From positions 1 through 53,519 of IMG/VR virus record IMGVR_UViG_3300020193_000033: a stretch of 53,519 nucleotides of DNA; one strand, given 5' to 3'. Under the pieces are notes generated by a model. That model did no database searches, was not told where the DNA came from, and was given only the letters and a program-made list of their open reading frames with translations. The translations under genes were made by a program, and so were the position numbers. Shown one piece after another: positions 43,323 through 53,519 of this stretch (its first letter is position 1; each line of letters opens with the position of its first letter). Source of the stretch: a virus (Duplodnaviria; Caudoviricetes).

Positions 43323-44399
43323 GTGGCGACTTTATCAGGACTTAGCGACCGTCTACGGGCGGAAATAGGCGATATCACTAGAACCTTCGTTGAAGAGTTT
43401 CGAGGAGATGGCGAGCGCAAGCGATTTCAGCTAACTCATTCCCCAGTAAATGCTGCCTCCCTATCTATAAAAGTAGACAACGTAGAAGTTTCTAGTTCAG
43501 CTAGCGTTGAAGAAGTTATGGGTATGGTTACCCTAGCAGCAGTGCCGGCAAATAACGCAGCTATTGTTATCTCTGGAACTGCTTTTAAATATTTTACTGA
43601 TGCAGAAACTCAATACTATATAAATAACGCTTTTCTAGAGCATGCGGCACATCTTACAGACAGCAGCGGTTCTAGAGTTACTATAGCAACTGTTCCAGGG
43701 ATTGATGAATACCCAATAGTTCTTTTGGCTTCAACTATGGCCTTATATACCTTAGCTACAGACTCTGCCTTTGATATCGACATCATTTCACCTGACGGCG
43801 TATCTATTCCTAGATCAGAGCGTTTCCGTCAGGTATCCGATATTATTCAACAAAGAAGAGAACAGTACCGCGAACTATGTATGCTACTTGGTACTGGTCT
43901 ATACAAGATTGATGTATTTAATCTTCGCCGTATCAGCAGACGTACAAATCGCTACGTGCCTCTGTACCGCCCACAAGAGATTGATGATGGTTCACTGCCA
44001 CAACGTGTTTATCTACCTATTCCAGATTATGGCGATATTACTCCTGCAAGCTCGGTAGTAAACAAAGATCTATCTCTTTACTCAGGAGATAACTTCAGTA
44101 TCCAGCTTAAGTTTTCAATGGATCTTGCTGGCTACACTCCACTATCGCAGATACGCCTATTCCCAACATATCCAAGCAATCAAGTTGGACCTATTATTCT
44201 TGCAACATTTACTATTGTAAAAAGCGCATCAGTTCTTAATGGTATTTTAGATACCCTAACCTTGTCTTTAACTAGCGATCAAACAGAAGCGCTACCCCGT
44301 ACTGCGTACTATGATATTCAATTAACTAACAACTCTACGGGAGCAGTAAGAACATACTTAGAAGGTAAAGTGTTTACTAAGCCTGAGATCTCGGAGTAA
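43323..44399 (+). CDS. Head-tail adaptor-like structural protein with beta-sandwich domains
   Basis: RLRAEIGD...YFTDAE adaptor-like motifs; GDG..KRFQL insert; C-terminal YYDIQL...YLEGKV. GTG start after GAGGA. Confidence 0.6.
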   Translation: MATLSGLSDRLRAEIGDITRTFVEEFRGDGERKRFQLTHSPVNAASLSIKVDNVEVSSSASVEEVMGMVTLAAVPANNAAIVISGTAFKYFTDAETQYYINNAFLEHAAHLTDSSGSRVTIATVPGIDEYPIVLLASTMALYTLATDSAFDIDIISPDGVSIPRSERFRQVSDIIQQRREQYRELCMLLGTGLYKIDVFNLRRISRRTNRYVPLYRPQEIDDGSLPQRVYLPIPDYGDITPASSVVNKDLSLYSGDNFSIQLKFSMDLAGYTPLSQIRLFPTYPSNQVGPIILATFTIVKSASVLNGILDTLTLSLTSDQTEALPRTAYYDIQLTNNSTGAVRTYLEGKVFTKPEISE

Positions 44400-44401
44400 C
44401 T

Positions 44402-46228
44402 ATGCCACATGATCCAGAGATCGTAGAGATAACTCAACAAAGTCCAGAAGTAGTTATCTTTGGTTCTGATGCAATGGGACCAGCCGGTCCTATGGGACCT
44501 ACCGGTCCTACAGGCCCAATTGGTGCTGCATCAAATGTAACTGGTCCAACTGGTGCAACCGGTGCTACTGGCGCAACAGGACCTACAGGTGCAACAGGTC
44601 CAACAGGTGCAGCTAGTACAGTTACTGGTCCTACAGGTGCGCAAGGTCCTACAGGATCTACTGGCCCTCGTGGTGAAACAGGACCGCAAGGTGTAACAGG
44701 TCCCGCAGGCGCAACTGGTCCTGCTGGTATTCAAGGACCTACAGGTATTCAAGGTCCACAAGGTGCTACTGGTCCTATTGGTCCAACTGGTTCTCGTGGA
44801 GCTACTGGACCTACTGGTGATACAGGTGCCACTGGTCCTGCTGGTACAGGCGTAAATATTCTTGGAACTTTACTTAATGAAGGCGCTCTCCCTCCCGCAG
44901 GAAATCCTGGTGATGCATACCTAATTGATGGTGATCTTTATGTGTGGGACGATATTAATGATGAGTGGGACAATGTAGGAACTATTCAAGGTCCTGTTGG
45001 ACCGCAAGGTCCTGTAGGTGCTATTGGTCCTACAGGCCCAACTGGTCAACAAGGTTTGCAAGGTATTCAAGGTATTCAAGGTGCGCAAGGTCCACAAGGA
45101 TTAGTTGGTGACACCGGTCCTGTGGGGCCACAAGGTGAACAAGGTATTCAAGGAGAAGTTGGTCCTGCTTCGACTGTTACAGGACCTACAGGTCCAATTG
45201 GTTTAACTGGTGATATCGGACCACAAGGACCTATTGGTGACACAGGCCCTATTGGTCCTCAAGGAGAACTTGGACCTATCGGTCCACAAGGTATACAAGG
45301 TGCAACTGGACCTACTGGTCCTACTGGTGCAACTGGCCAAGGATTAAATATACTCGGTGCTCTAAATAATTCTAACCAGCTACCTGTTTCAGGAAATCCT
45401 GGAGAAGGTTATTTAGTTAATGGTGTTCTTTATGTTTGGGATTCAGGTACAAGTCAATGGATTAATGTTGGAAACATTCAAGGTCCTACTGGTGCGACAG
45501 GTCCAACTGGTTCACAAGGTCAACAAGGTTTAATAGGTCCACAAGGTGAACAAGGACCAACAGGTCCTCAAGGTAATGTTGGCCCTACAGGACCACAGGG
45601 TGAAGCTGGACCAACTGGTGCAACAGGTCCAATTGGATTAACCGGTGAATCTGGAGTTCAGGGACCTACTGGCGCAACAGGTCCAACTGGACCGACAGGT
45701 GCGCAAGGCGTACAAGGTGAACAAGGTGTTCAAGGAAATCAAGGCGAGATTGGACCTACTGGTCCAACTGGCGCAATAGGTGCAACTGGTCCAACTGGAG
45801 CAACAGGAGCAACTGGTGAGGCTAGTACTGTAACTGGCCCCACAGGTCCGCAAGGAGATATAGGACCTACAGGTGCGACGGGACCCACTGGTCCAACCGG
45901 ATCTACTGGACCCATAGGTAACTTTTCGTACACCTCTGAAACTCCTCCAGTAGGAGCCTCAAATGGTGACGCTTGGTTTAATCCTACTGATGGATCTGCG
46001 TATATTTGGTATGATAACTATTGGATTGAGGTGGGTGCTGCTCCTATAGGACCTACCGGACCTACCGGACCTGCAGGCCCAATTCAAGAAATTATTCCTG
46101 TAATATTTTCTACCTTTAACCATGATAACCATCAAGGCCTTACAGTAGTCTTCGATGAAGAATCCGAAGAAGTAAGAATTATTTCTGACGTAGCGTTTAT
46201 TGAGGCAGTAGCCTTAGCAGGCTTATAA
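44402..46228 (+). CDS. Collagen-like fibre protein
   Basis: Long Gly-X-Y runs split by two homologous globular knobs (NILG...GNPG..YL..G.LYVWD...W.NVG.IQGP). Confidence 0.9.
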   Translation: MPHDPEIVEITQQSPEVVIFGSDAMGPAGPMGPTGPTGPIGAASNVTGPTGATGATGATGPTGATGPTGAASTVTGPTGAQGPTGSTGPRGETGPQGVTGPAGATGPAGIQGPTGIQGPQGATGPIGPTGSRGATGPTGDTGATGPAGTGVNILGTLLNEGALPPAGNPGDAYLIDGDLYVWDDINDEWDNVGTIQGPVGPQGPVGAIGPTGPTGQQGLQGIQGIQGAQGPQGLVGDTGPVGPQGEQGIQGEVGPASTVTGPTGPIGLTGDIGPQGPIGDTGPIGPQGELGPIGPQGIQGATGPTGPTGATGQGLNILGALNNSNQLPVSGNPGEGYLVNGVLYVWDSGTSQWINVGNIQGPTGATGPTGSQGQQGLIGPQGEQGPTGPQGNVGPTGPQGEAGPTGATGPIGLTGESGVQGPTGATGPTGPTGAQGVQGEQGVQGNQGEIGPTGPTGAIGATGPTGATGATGEASTVTGPTGPQGDIGPTGATGPTGPTGSTGPIGNFSYTSETPPVGASNGDAWFNPTDGSAYIWYDNYWIEVGAAPIGPTGPTGPAGPIQEIIPVIFSTFNHDNHQGLTVVFDEESEEVRIISDVAFIEAVALAGL

Positions 46229-46238
46229 GGAGACCATA

Positions 46239-46967
46239 GTGCCTATTACTCCCGACTTCTCTGCATTAGAAGCGGTTATTACCGCTAAAGTTGAAGCGGT
46301 AGCTACCAACATCGACAACAAAGACCTTCTAATTCAGATGAAGGCTCTTGAAGCCGCAGTAGCTAATCTAGCTCTTACTCGAGTTATTGCAGAGGGTACC
46401 TATCAACAGGGGCAGGTAACCTCAACAGCTACTGCAGCCTCTACAGCATTAAACAATACGGTATCTACCGCTAATACTAATCTAACTGCGGTTGTAGACA
46501 CAGCTACTACAAACCTAAACTCTGCAGCAACAGCAGCTATTGCATCATTTAATGCAGTGGCTAACCCCGTTATAGCAACAATTGAAGACTTGTTAGAAGA
46601 GTTGGGTGAAACCAACACTCAAGACATTATTGACCTTGTTATTCAGTCTTTGGGGCAGATTACTACGGCAGCAAATAATGCTACTACAAGCATAAATCAA
46701 CTAAAGAATGATGCAGAAACCGTCGTTGCCTCAACAGGTACCTCAGCTGTTGGAGCGGTAAATACAGCAAGAGACGCCTCCCTAACCGCACTAGCCAATG
46801 CAGAAGAAGACTCTATAGACGACATTGAGCTAGCCAGAGACCAGGCAATAGCTGCTGTTAGTGCCTCAGGAGACGTCACTAATCAGATCAATTTCTTAAG
46901 AAATGACCGTTGGTTGGGCCTTAATATTTTTGGTCCTTCTGATTACGGTCAGAAGACAGGTAGTTAA
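46239..46967 (+). CDS. Ala/Thr-rich helical fibre protein
   Basis: AAGGAG RBS, GTG start; heptad-like A/T pattern. Confidence 0.7.
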   Translation: MPITPDFSALEAVITAKVEAVATNIDNKDLLIQMKALEAAVANLALTRVIAEGTYQQGQVTSTATAASTALNNTVSTANTNLTAVVDTATTNLNSAATAAIASFNAVANPVIATIEDLLEELGETNTQDIIDLVIQSLGQITTAANNATTSINQLKNDAETVVASTGTSAVGAVNTARDASLTALANAEEDSIDDIELARDQAIAAVSASGDVTNQINFLRNDRWLGLNIFGPSDYGQKTGS

Positions 46968-47032
46968 GGACTTAAAATGACCGATTTTATTTATACTAGC
47001 TTACTGGGTACATCCCTCGAAGGAGATAACTA

Positions 47033-48409
47033 ATGCCGTCCTACTCAGCGCTTAATACGCAAATTGAAGCGGTCAAAGCAGAAATCACTGCTTCACTTGC
47101 TGCAAGCACTTATACAGCTCAAGATTTGGTTTATATTGCCAAAACTCTTGAAACGCTAGGCAACCTACTTGGCATTAATGACCTAGTAGCCGCATCTGCA
47201 GATGCACAGGTTGCACTTAATGATCAACTAGAAGCAATTCTAGATGGCAGCGCTCCAGCAAACGTAGGTAAGTTATACGTTGGTGCAGAAGCTCAAGCAT
47301 TTGAAACAGCCGCTGGCCTTCAAGATCCAGCAATCATTGCAAGCATTGATACGTCTGATTATGCTCAAATCGCTTTTCAAAATAAAGGCGGTGGCGCAAA
47401 CTCTTCTACTGACTTTATTGCGTACTCAAACAATGGTGTCGATGATGCTGGTTATATTGACTTGGGTGTTACATCAAGTAACTTTAATGATCCAGAGTTC
47501 ACAATTACTGGGCCTAATGACGGTTATATTTTTATGGAAGCACCAAAAGTGCTTACATCAACAGTTAATGGTAAATCATTAACAAATAACGTAGCAACAC
47601 TTACTACTCCAACAGCTCATCAATTCCGTGTTGGTATGCCAGTTGTTATTACTGGTGTTGACGGCGTATTTAATGGAACCTATACAATCACTGCTGTTCC
47701 AACAACTACAAGCTTTAGATATGCTAAAACAAATGGCGACATAACCTTCCTAGCAGTAAATCCAGTGGGAAATGCAGTAGCTGGAACTACTGGTAAAGGT
47801 AACCTTGTTCTTGCAACCTCTAACAATGGTACTGAAAATAAAATTGTTTTTGCTGCTGGCGGTCTAGCATCTGATAACACTCAGATGATCATCATTCCAG
47901 ATGAGCAAGTACATATTGAAATTGCTACGCAGTCTACAAGCCCAACAACTGGTGCTCTTCGCGTAGCTGGTGGTCTTGGTGTCTCTGGTAACGTTAACGT
48001 TGCTGGTAACGTAAACATTGCAGGTACCATTTCATTCTCTGGTGGCGGAACAACAGTTGAAACAGCAAATATATCAATTGTTGCTCCTATGATTTTTACA
48101 GCGCAAGATAACCCATCAAATTTACTAGATTTTGCTTTAGTTGGAGAATACAATGTTGGTGGATCTGACAAGTGGTCAGCTTTCTCTAAAGATGCTACAG
48201 ATGGCGTCTGGAACCTTGTTTCTAACATCACTACAAAACCAACCACAACTATCAACTACGAACAAGCAGAGCTTGTTTATGATAAACTTAAAGTAAGTCA
48301 AGTAGTTCTCGTTTCTGCTCCATCTTCATCAAATGAAGCTACGAGTAAGGGGTACGTAGACAACCTTCGTTCTCAAGGACAACTTGAAGCAGTTATGGGA
48401 ATTTTCTAA
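47033..48409 (+). CDS. Tail fibre-like structural protein
   Basis: TGALRVAGGLGVSGNVNV fibre motif; ATLTT..AH.F.VG..V.ITGV...FNG.YTI module; EATSKGYVD. Confidence 0.75.
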   Translation: MPSYSALNTQIEAVKAEITASLAASTYTAQDLVYIAKTLETLGNLLGINDLVAASADAQVALNDQLEAILDGSAPANVGKLYVGAEAQAFETAAGLQDPAIIASIDTSDYAQIAFQNKGGGANSSTDFIAYSNNGVDDAGYIDLGVTSSNFNDPEFTITGPNDGYIFMEAPKVLTSTVNGKSLTNNVATLTTPTAHQFRVGMPVVITGVDGVFNGTYTITAVPTTTSFRYAKTNGDITFLAVNPVGNAVAGTTGKGNLVLATSNNGTENKIVFAAGGLASDNTQMIIIPDEQVHIEIATQSTSPTTGALRVAGGLGVSGNVNVAGNVNIAGTISFSGGGTTVETANISIVAPMIFTAQDNPSNLLDFALVGEYNVGGSDKWSAFSKDATDGVWNLVSNITTKPTTTINYEQAELVYDKLKVSQVVLVSAPSSSNEATSKGYVDNLRSQGQLEAVMGIF

Positions 48410-48452
48410 CCGACTGGTAAGAACTAATAGTTACTTAGGAGGTAACAAATAA

Positions 48453-48755
48453 ATGCCAAACACAGTAAAGAAACTGTTCCGCGGTAACGTAGGAACTTCT
48501 GCAGCAGATGTGTACACAGTGCCATCGGCTACAACCGCAGTAATCACTAACATCGTATTAACTAACACAACCAGTAACGTACTAACTGGTACCGTAAAGT
48601 TAGGAACACACGATGTTTTATCCGCAGTAACTGTTCCTGCAAATGGAATTTTTGCTTTTGATCTTAAACAAGTACTTGATGCATCAGAAACCGTAAATGC
48701 TGTTGGGTCTGGAGCAGGTATTAAGCTTCACGTCTCAGGGATGGAGATTAACTAA
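48453..48755 (+). CDS. Small beta-sandwich fibre-associated protein
   Basis: YTVPSATTAVITNIVLTN...LHVSGMEI; AGGAGG RBS. Confidence 0.75.
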   Translation: MPNTVKKLFRGNVGTSAADVYTVPSATTAVITNIVLTNTTSNVLTGTVKLGTHDVLSAVTVPANGIFAFDLKQVLDASETVNAVGSGAGIKLHVSGMEIN

Positions 48756-48757
48756 CA

Positions 48758-51607
48758 ATGGGTGCTCTAGTATATCCTTCAACCTCTGGCGCTGGCGTAG
48801 GTGCATTAACCTATAGCTTTGCTGCCGTTCCTGGTGCAGAATATGACACCACCGAACTTAATGCTAGCGGAGTTTATGAATTCCGTGCACAAGAAGAACC
48901 ACTAACAGTTGCTATTTACGCTGTAGGTGCTCTTACTACTCCTATTGAGACAGTGTCCCTTGCAAAAGGTAAGACATTTACTTATAGTGGTACTGTCGCC
49001 CGTATTCGCATTTTAACTGCAACTACTGGTGGAACTGCCACAGGTACCGGATCAACTCTTTTAATTATCAAGTACAGCTCGTCAACGCCTACTCGCACAG
49101 GATCTACAATTGATGGTCTTGGCGAGGAATTCGCACATACAGAAAAGTCAACTGACTTTATCTCCTTCGAGGGATACGGACAGAATACAAGCCGTAACCC
49201 TATGACTGCTCGTCTAGATAATACTGCAAACACTGCAGCTTGGGTTTGCTGGACATACAACTCTACCGGAGATGGCATATACCGTTTCCGTAACACACCA
49301 TCTCCAGGACAAGGAATTGGTACAGCAGCAACTACCTTCTCAGGTCTTGCTGGTAACTTCTTCTTTAAAGCAACTAACAACACAACAAATACATGGACTC
49401 GTCTTGCAGACCTTCCACTTCCTCCACAAGCTGATGATTCTGGAACTACATTTGTTGAACAGCGTTTACGCCGTGCAGTTATATGGGATACTGGACTTGA
49501 CCTTATTGTATGGTTCCGTTGCGTAGATAACAGAACTCAAACAATTAACTCTGTTACCTACTCTTCAGTAGATACCTACATATACACCTACACAAAAGCT
49601 TCTGATACCTGGACATTTAATGGCGCATGGAACCTTGGTACGACTGGCTATAACACATATGTAGATGGCCCACAAATGTGCTTTACACACAACATTAATA
49701 ATGTTATGTTCTTCTATAACTGGCAGCAAGAACGTTCTGGTAACGGGTTTATCCGCTATAACTTGTCAACAGGTGTTCGTGAGGCTATTACTGCTGCAGC
49801 TGATACCTGGCATGAAGGTTCTTATGTAAATAACTACTTCCTTGCCAGCCCAACTCAGGGTATTGGTAACACTGATGGTGGTACAACTGATTATCAGATT
49901 TACGATCCAACTAACAACGTATGGGCAAAGGTAACTCCTCCATCACGTTTGAATGAGGCATCAACTTGGTTCCGTGGCGGTCAAATTTTCCGCTATAACT
50001 CAACCTCGTTTGGTGTTATTGGTCGCCGTACATACACAACCAATAACACAGCTCCTTCAAATGGTGATCGTTATTGGGGTCGTCGTCTATGGATCTACGA
50101 TACTGCTACTCAATCACTTGATCGTTGGCTAGATAAATCCTTTGAAATGGGAGACTTCTACCCGTTAGCAATGCGTCCAGGAAGCGATACCTACGGCTCA
50201 ACCTTTATTTGGCAACCTGTGGGTGCTAATTGGAACGGTCGTTTCTGGCGTTTCCGTAACAGCTACGGCGGAAGTGCTCTAGGTCGTTATAACCACGACT
50301 ATGTAGATGTTACAAAACCAAAGAAGGTTGATGTAATTGGTTCGTTTCGTGCACGTGGAGAGATGTCTGTTGGTCTAAATAGCGTTCTAGCATTTGGTTA
50401 CCACAGAAACCCATTTTCTGTTCCGGTAATCTTTGCAAGGTACAGCCAGAGCAATGCCGATTCTGAAATTCGAGGAGGTCGCTCAAGTGGCACTACGACA
50501 GATACTACAGCAAAACAGAGACATGACTTTGAATCTTGGGGTGCTGAACTAATCACCACCTCTGGAGAGGTCTATCCTGTAGTGCCTGAGATGCCGATTA
50601 TGCATGCGATCTATGATCCTCAAATGCGTCGTTACTATGTAACTGGTTTCTTGCCATCTCGTCTGTGGAACAACTGGAATGATGGCAATACAAACAACTC
50701 CTTCTACAGCAGATCTCCTTGGAGACAAGCTTCTGCTGTTATTGAAGAAGATACCGGCAGATTCTATTACCAAGACTACAGTCAAACTGGTAACGATCAG
50801 AGTGATTCTCATGACAATAGCTGGACTAGCAATGGTCAACCGTTTACTTCATCTGTTAACGCTCCTGGTGAACTTAGCATCATGTCAACTGGTAGGGCAT
50901 ACCGTCCCGGTATCCACTTTATTCGTCCATACGATGCCAACGCTTGGGAAACACAAAACCTTTGGAACCTATTTAACTGGGAATACTCCATACAGCAGCG
51001 CTGGACTAGCTATAACTGGATTAGCTCACAGTTCCAAGGAGATGGAATGAATCCACAGACCTATCATTTTGGTCATGATGCTATTGATAATCGTTACGTT
51101 CAGGTTGTCAAGTTTGGTAGCGGTCGACTAAGTCGTACAGGTATTCCAGAAGGAACTATTTTCTGGGATGGCCGTACACTTGCTCAATACAGTCAAGAGT
51201 CTGGTGTTGCACCATTTACAGCAGCTCAAACTGGATGGCGCCGTTTGCATACAACTTCAAGCCCATATATGACAGGTGATACAACACTACACCGTACACC
51301 TCACGTATGGTTTGACGGTCGTTATGCAATTTGCGAAAAGCCAGATAGCACAGGCTATTACGTATTTGATATGGATAACCTTTTGGCTGAGCCTAGAATT
51401 ATCTCGTCTCATATCCCAATTAACTCTCGTCCAACCCCGCAATACAATACTGCTAACTCTGGTACGGTTGGTAACAACTGGTCTAACTTCACCTACAACA
51501 AGGCTTGCCTTGGTGGCGTAGAAATTATCGCTGGTGGTTCTGAAAATGATGGTGTTCGTACCTGGAGAAATAGCGTATACTTCCTAGTTAGATCTAAGGA
51601 GGTCTAA
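48758..51607 (+). CDS. Large beta-rich (propeller-like) putative receptor-binding protein
   Basis: Kelch-like YDPTNNVW, YTKASDTW, WTRLADLP; rich in W/Y/T/N. Confidence 0.65.
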   Translation: MGALVYPSTSGAGVGALTYSFAAVPGAEYDTTELNASGVYEFRAQEEPLTVAIYAVGALTTPIETVSLAKGKTFTYSGTVARIRILTATTGGTATGTGSTLLIIKYSSSTPTRTGSTIDGLGEEFAHTEKSTDFISFEGYGQNTSRNPMTARLDNTANTAAWVCWTYNSTGDGIYRFRNTPSPGQGIGTAATTFSGLAGNFFFKATNNTTNTWTRLADLPLPPQADDSGTTFVEQRLRRAVIWDTGLDLIVWFRCVDNRTQTINSVTYSSVDTYIYTYTKASDTWTFNGAWNLGTTGYNTYVDGPQMCFTHNINNVMFFYNWQQERSGNGFIRYNLSTGVREAITAAADTWHEGSYVNNYFLASPTQGIGNTDGGTTDYQIYDPTNNVWAKVTPPSRLNEASTWFRGGQIFRYNSTSFGVIGRRTYTTNNTAPSNGDRYWGRRLWIYDTATQSLDRWLDKSFEMGDFYPLAMRPGSDTYGSTFIWQPVGANWNGRFWRFRNSYGGSALGRYNHDYVDVTKPKKVDVIGSFRARGEMSVGLNSVLAFGYHRNPFSVPVIFARYSQSNADSEIRGGRSSGTTTDTTAKQRHDFESWGAELITTSGEVYPVVPEMPIMHAIYDPQMRRYYVTGFLPSRLWNNWNDGNTNNSFYSRSPWRQASAVIEEDTGRFYYQDYSQTGNDQSDSHDNSWTSNGQPFTSSVNAPGELSIMSTGRAYRPGIHFIRPYDANAWETQNLWNLFNWEYSIQQRWTSYNWISSQFQGDGMNPQTYHFGHDAIDNRYVQVVKFGSGRLSRTGIPEGTIFWDGRTLAQYSQESGVAPFTAAQTGWRRLHTTSSPYMTGDTTLHRTPHVWFDGRYAICEKPDSTGYYVFDMDNLLAEPRIISSHIPINSRPTPQYNTANSGTVGNNWSNFTYNKACLGGVEIIAGGSENDGVRTWRNSVYFLVRSKEV

Positions 51608-51610
51608 TAA

Positions 51611-51892
51611 ATGTCATTTACTGTAGAAGTAGATAAAAAAGTAGCCACTATCCTTCGTGATGGCGGAACCTTTCTAACTCAAGCGTTTGATCCTCGTGAA
51701 GAGGGAAGTACTCCCTTTACATCAAATGCAAAAGCTCAAGAGTGGGCAGATGCGTTTGTTATTCAAACAGAGGCTGAAGAAGCTGCAAAAGCTGCGGATG
51801 AAGCTGCTAAAAAAGCTGCTTTTGAGGCGGATGAAGCCGCACTAAAAGCCGCTGCTGAAGCAGCTACCGAAGCGTCTTCCGAACAAGAGTAA
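51611..51892 (+). CDS. Small protein with A/E/K-rich helical tail
   Basis: AAGGAGG RBS; QAFDP...PF.S..AQEWA. Confidence 0.65.
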   Translation: MSFTVEVDKKVATILRDGGTFLTQAFDPREEGSTPFTSNAKAQEWADAFVIQTEAEEAAKAADEAAKKAAFEADEAALKAAAEAATEASSEQE

Positions 51893-51904
51893 TATTTACT
51901 ATAG

Positions 51905-51935
51905 AATAGGCGGGTATAAAAACCCGCCTATTTTT
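51905..51935 (+). terminator. Intrinsic terminator
   Basis: AATAGGCGGGT...ACCCGCCTATTTTT. Confidence 0.8.
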
Positions 51936-51949
51936 ATTTGGAGCATAAA

Positions 51950-52627
51950 ATGAAAAAAGTACTTATAGCAACGTGTTCAGTTCAACCCGTTATTTCTGCA
52001 TTTTTTGCAAAGTCTCTTGCAGAAACATTTGCAGAAGGACAAAAACAAGATATTTCTTTTCAGTTCTACTGGTCTCCAGATGAGGGTTCCTATAGAAATC
52101 AAGCGGCTGAAATAGTCTTAAATAATAATCTTGATACCCTTGTTTTTATACAACCGCATATTCAATGGGTGCCAGAGACATTAATATCTATTATTAATAA
52201 TAGTTCTTTAATAGAGGGTGTTCCTACAAAAGATTTTTACTCTCCCCAACAATCTTTTAAAATAGCATTAAATACAATTAAAGACGATCAAGAAATCTCA
52301 GCAAAATTGATCACACTTGATTTTATAAAAATAGAAAAAGAAGTATTTTCTAGAATAGAAAGTTTTGTCGTAAAAGTTAATAAAGTAAAAGAAGATGTAA
52401 TAGAACAAATTCCTATGTATTTTTATGCCACTGCTGACGAATCCGGGCAGGTAAGTCAAGATCTTAATTTTTGTCTAGCTGTAGAGAAGGCTGAAATACC
52501 AATTGAAATTAACGCAAATACTGCCTTTTGGGAACACATGGTGGTTCCTTACAAGACTGATTTTGGAGCAGAACTTCGACGATATGCTGTTTCTAAAGGT
52601 TTAGAATCTTTAGAAAAACAAGGCTAG
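51950..52627 (+). CDS. GT-A glycosyltransferase-like protein with degenerate DxD
   Basis: KVLIAT, RN, LVFIQPHIQW.PE, FIKIEKEVF, SQDLNFC; GGAG RBS; AT-rich. Confidence 0.55.
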   Translation: MKKVLIATCSVQPVISAFFAKSLAETFAEGQKQDISFQFYWSPDEGSYRNQAAEIVLNNNLDTLVFIQPHIQWVPETLISIINNSSLIEGVPTKDFYSPQQSFKIALNTIKDDQEISAKLITLDFIKIEKEVFSRIESFVVKVNKVKEDVIEQIPMYFYATADESGQVSQDLNFCLAVEKAEIPIEINANTAFWEHMVVPYKTDFGAELRRYAVSKGLESLEKQG

Positions 52628-52651
52628 ATTTCGTTGATATACTGACATGCT

Positions 52652-53017
52652 ATGCCCATAGACTTTCCAGATAATCCCACATTAAATCAACAGTTTACTG
52701 TTGGTCAAACCACGTGGTACTGGAGTGGTTCTGTATGGAGATTACTAATCTCTGAGGGTGTTCAGGGAGACTTAGGTCCTACAGGTCCTATAGGACCAAC
52801 AGGTCCTACAGGTCCAAACTCTATAATTCCAGGACCTACTGGTCCTACTGGTCCTACTGGCCCAACCGGATCTACTGGACCTGTATCAACAATTCCTGGC
52901 CCTACAGGTCCAACTGGTCCTACTGGCCCAGAAAATGACAACATTGATGGTGGAGTTCCCAATACAGTTTACGGTGGAGGAATTACAATCAATGGTGGTA
53001 ACGTACTAGGAGTGTAA
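52652..53017 (+). CDS. Short collagen-containing virion protein
   Basis: [13 protein letters not shown]...[11 protein letters not shown] repeats, NIDGG. Confidence 0.8.
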   Translation: MPIDFPDNPTLNQQFTVGQTTWYWSGSVWRLLISEGVQGDLGPTGPIGPTGPTGPNSIIPGPTGPTGPTGPTGSTGPVSTIPGPTGPTGPTGPENDNIDGGVPNTVYGGGITINGGNVLGV

Positions 53018-53519
53018 ATGGCTGTAAAAATTCAATTTAGACGTGGTACTGCTCTTGAGTGGAGTCAATCAAATCCAATTCTTTCTCAAGGAGAAGCGGG
53101 TTATGAATACGACACAGGTAAATTTAAAGTCGGTAATGGATTAACTCCTTGGAACTCTCTTGCATACTCTTCTGGTGTTACTGGACCAACTGGTCCCATA
53201 GGAGTTACAGGTCCCACAGGTGCAGCATCCACAGTAACCGGACCAACTGGTTCTACAGGACCGTCATCAATCGTAAACGTAGGAACAGTAACAACTCTTA
53301 GTCCTAACGCAGCTGCCACCGTTGTAAATTCTGGTACTCCGGAGATTGCTGTTTTTGACTTTGGAATTCCTAGAGGTGTTACAGGACCGCAAGGTCCAAC
53401 CGGCCCCACAGGCCCTACTGGACCTACTGGTCCAACTGGACCTACAGGACCTACGGGTGCGGACTCAACAGTAACAGGACCTACAGGAGCAACTGGTCCT
53501 ACAGGCCCACAAAGCGTAG
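53018..53519 (+). CDS. Fibre protein with Mtd/hyaluronidase-type N-terminal domain and collagen repeats (partial)
   Basis: [49 protein letters not shown] then GPT repeats; open to the window end. Confidence 0.85.
   Translation, partial: MAVKIQFRRGTALEWSQSNPILSQGEAGYEYDTGKFKVGNGLTPWNSLAYSSGVTGPTGPIGVTGPTGAASTVTGPTGSTGPSSIVNVGTVTTLSPNAAATVVNSGTPEIAVFDFGIPRGVTGPQGPTGPTGPTGPTGPTGPTGPTGADSTVTGPTGATGPTGPQSV

Noticed and set aside
44480-46080. CRISPR-like or satellite repeats
   Set aside because: The 9-bp periodicity encodes collagen Gly-X-Y; no constant repeat with unique spacers.
53018-53519. Diversity-generating retroelement suggested by the Mtd-like N-terminus
   Set aside because: No reverse transcriptase or TR/VR pair in the window; this N-terminal domain is common in ordinary fibres.

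Overview
A 53.5-kb segment of a tailed dsDNA phage (Caudoviricetes). The host is probably an actinobacterium, possibly a freshwater lineage. That is an inference from leaderless TANNNT-N6-ATG starts, AGAAAGGA-type RBSs, an actinophage-type holin, a PASTA protein and a proteasome-beta-like gene. Layout: (i) 1-1731, minus strand: secreted surface protein, CHAP endolysin, membrane protein and lipoprotein. (ii) 1762-3161: a decayed minus-strand Pro/Ser/Thr/Glu-rich gene overprinted by six small plus-strand ORFs. (iii) 3245-14559, plus strand: holin, many basic or disordered proteins, a nucleotidyltransferase / HAD-like / TGT-like trio, class II ribonucleotide reductase and an acidic microprotein. 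(iv) 14636-27941, minus strand: an early-type region (YubB-like, MoxR AAA+ with vWA partner, HicA-like, XRE HTH, many small genes) whose large intergenic gaps hold strongly base-paired RNA-like structures. (v) 28267-53519, plus strand: late region with KTSC, Ntn-protease, PASTA protein, HNH, terminase, portal, scaffold, major capsid and collagen-like fibre proteins, plus one minus-strand lytic transglycosylase behind a riboswitch-like leader. I saw no tRNA, rRNA, CRISPR array, integrase or reverse transcriptase. The strongest novelty candidates are the overprinted operon and the set of structured non-coding RNAs. All family calls come from motif recognition by eye, not database searches.
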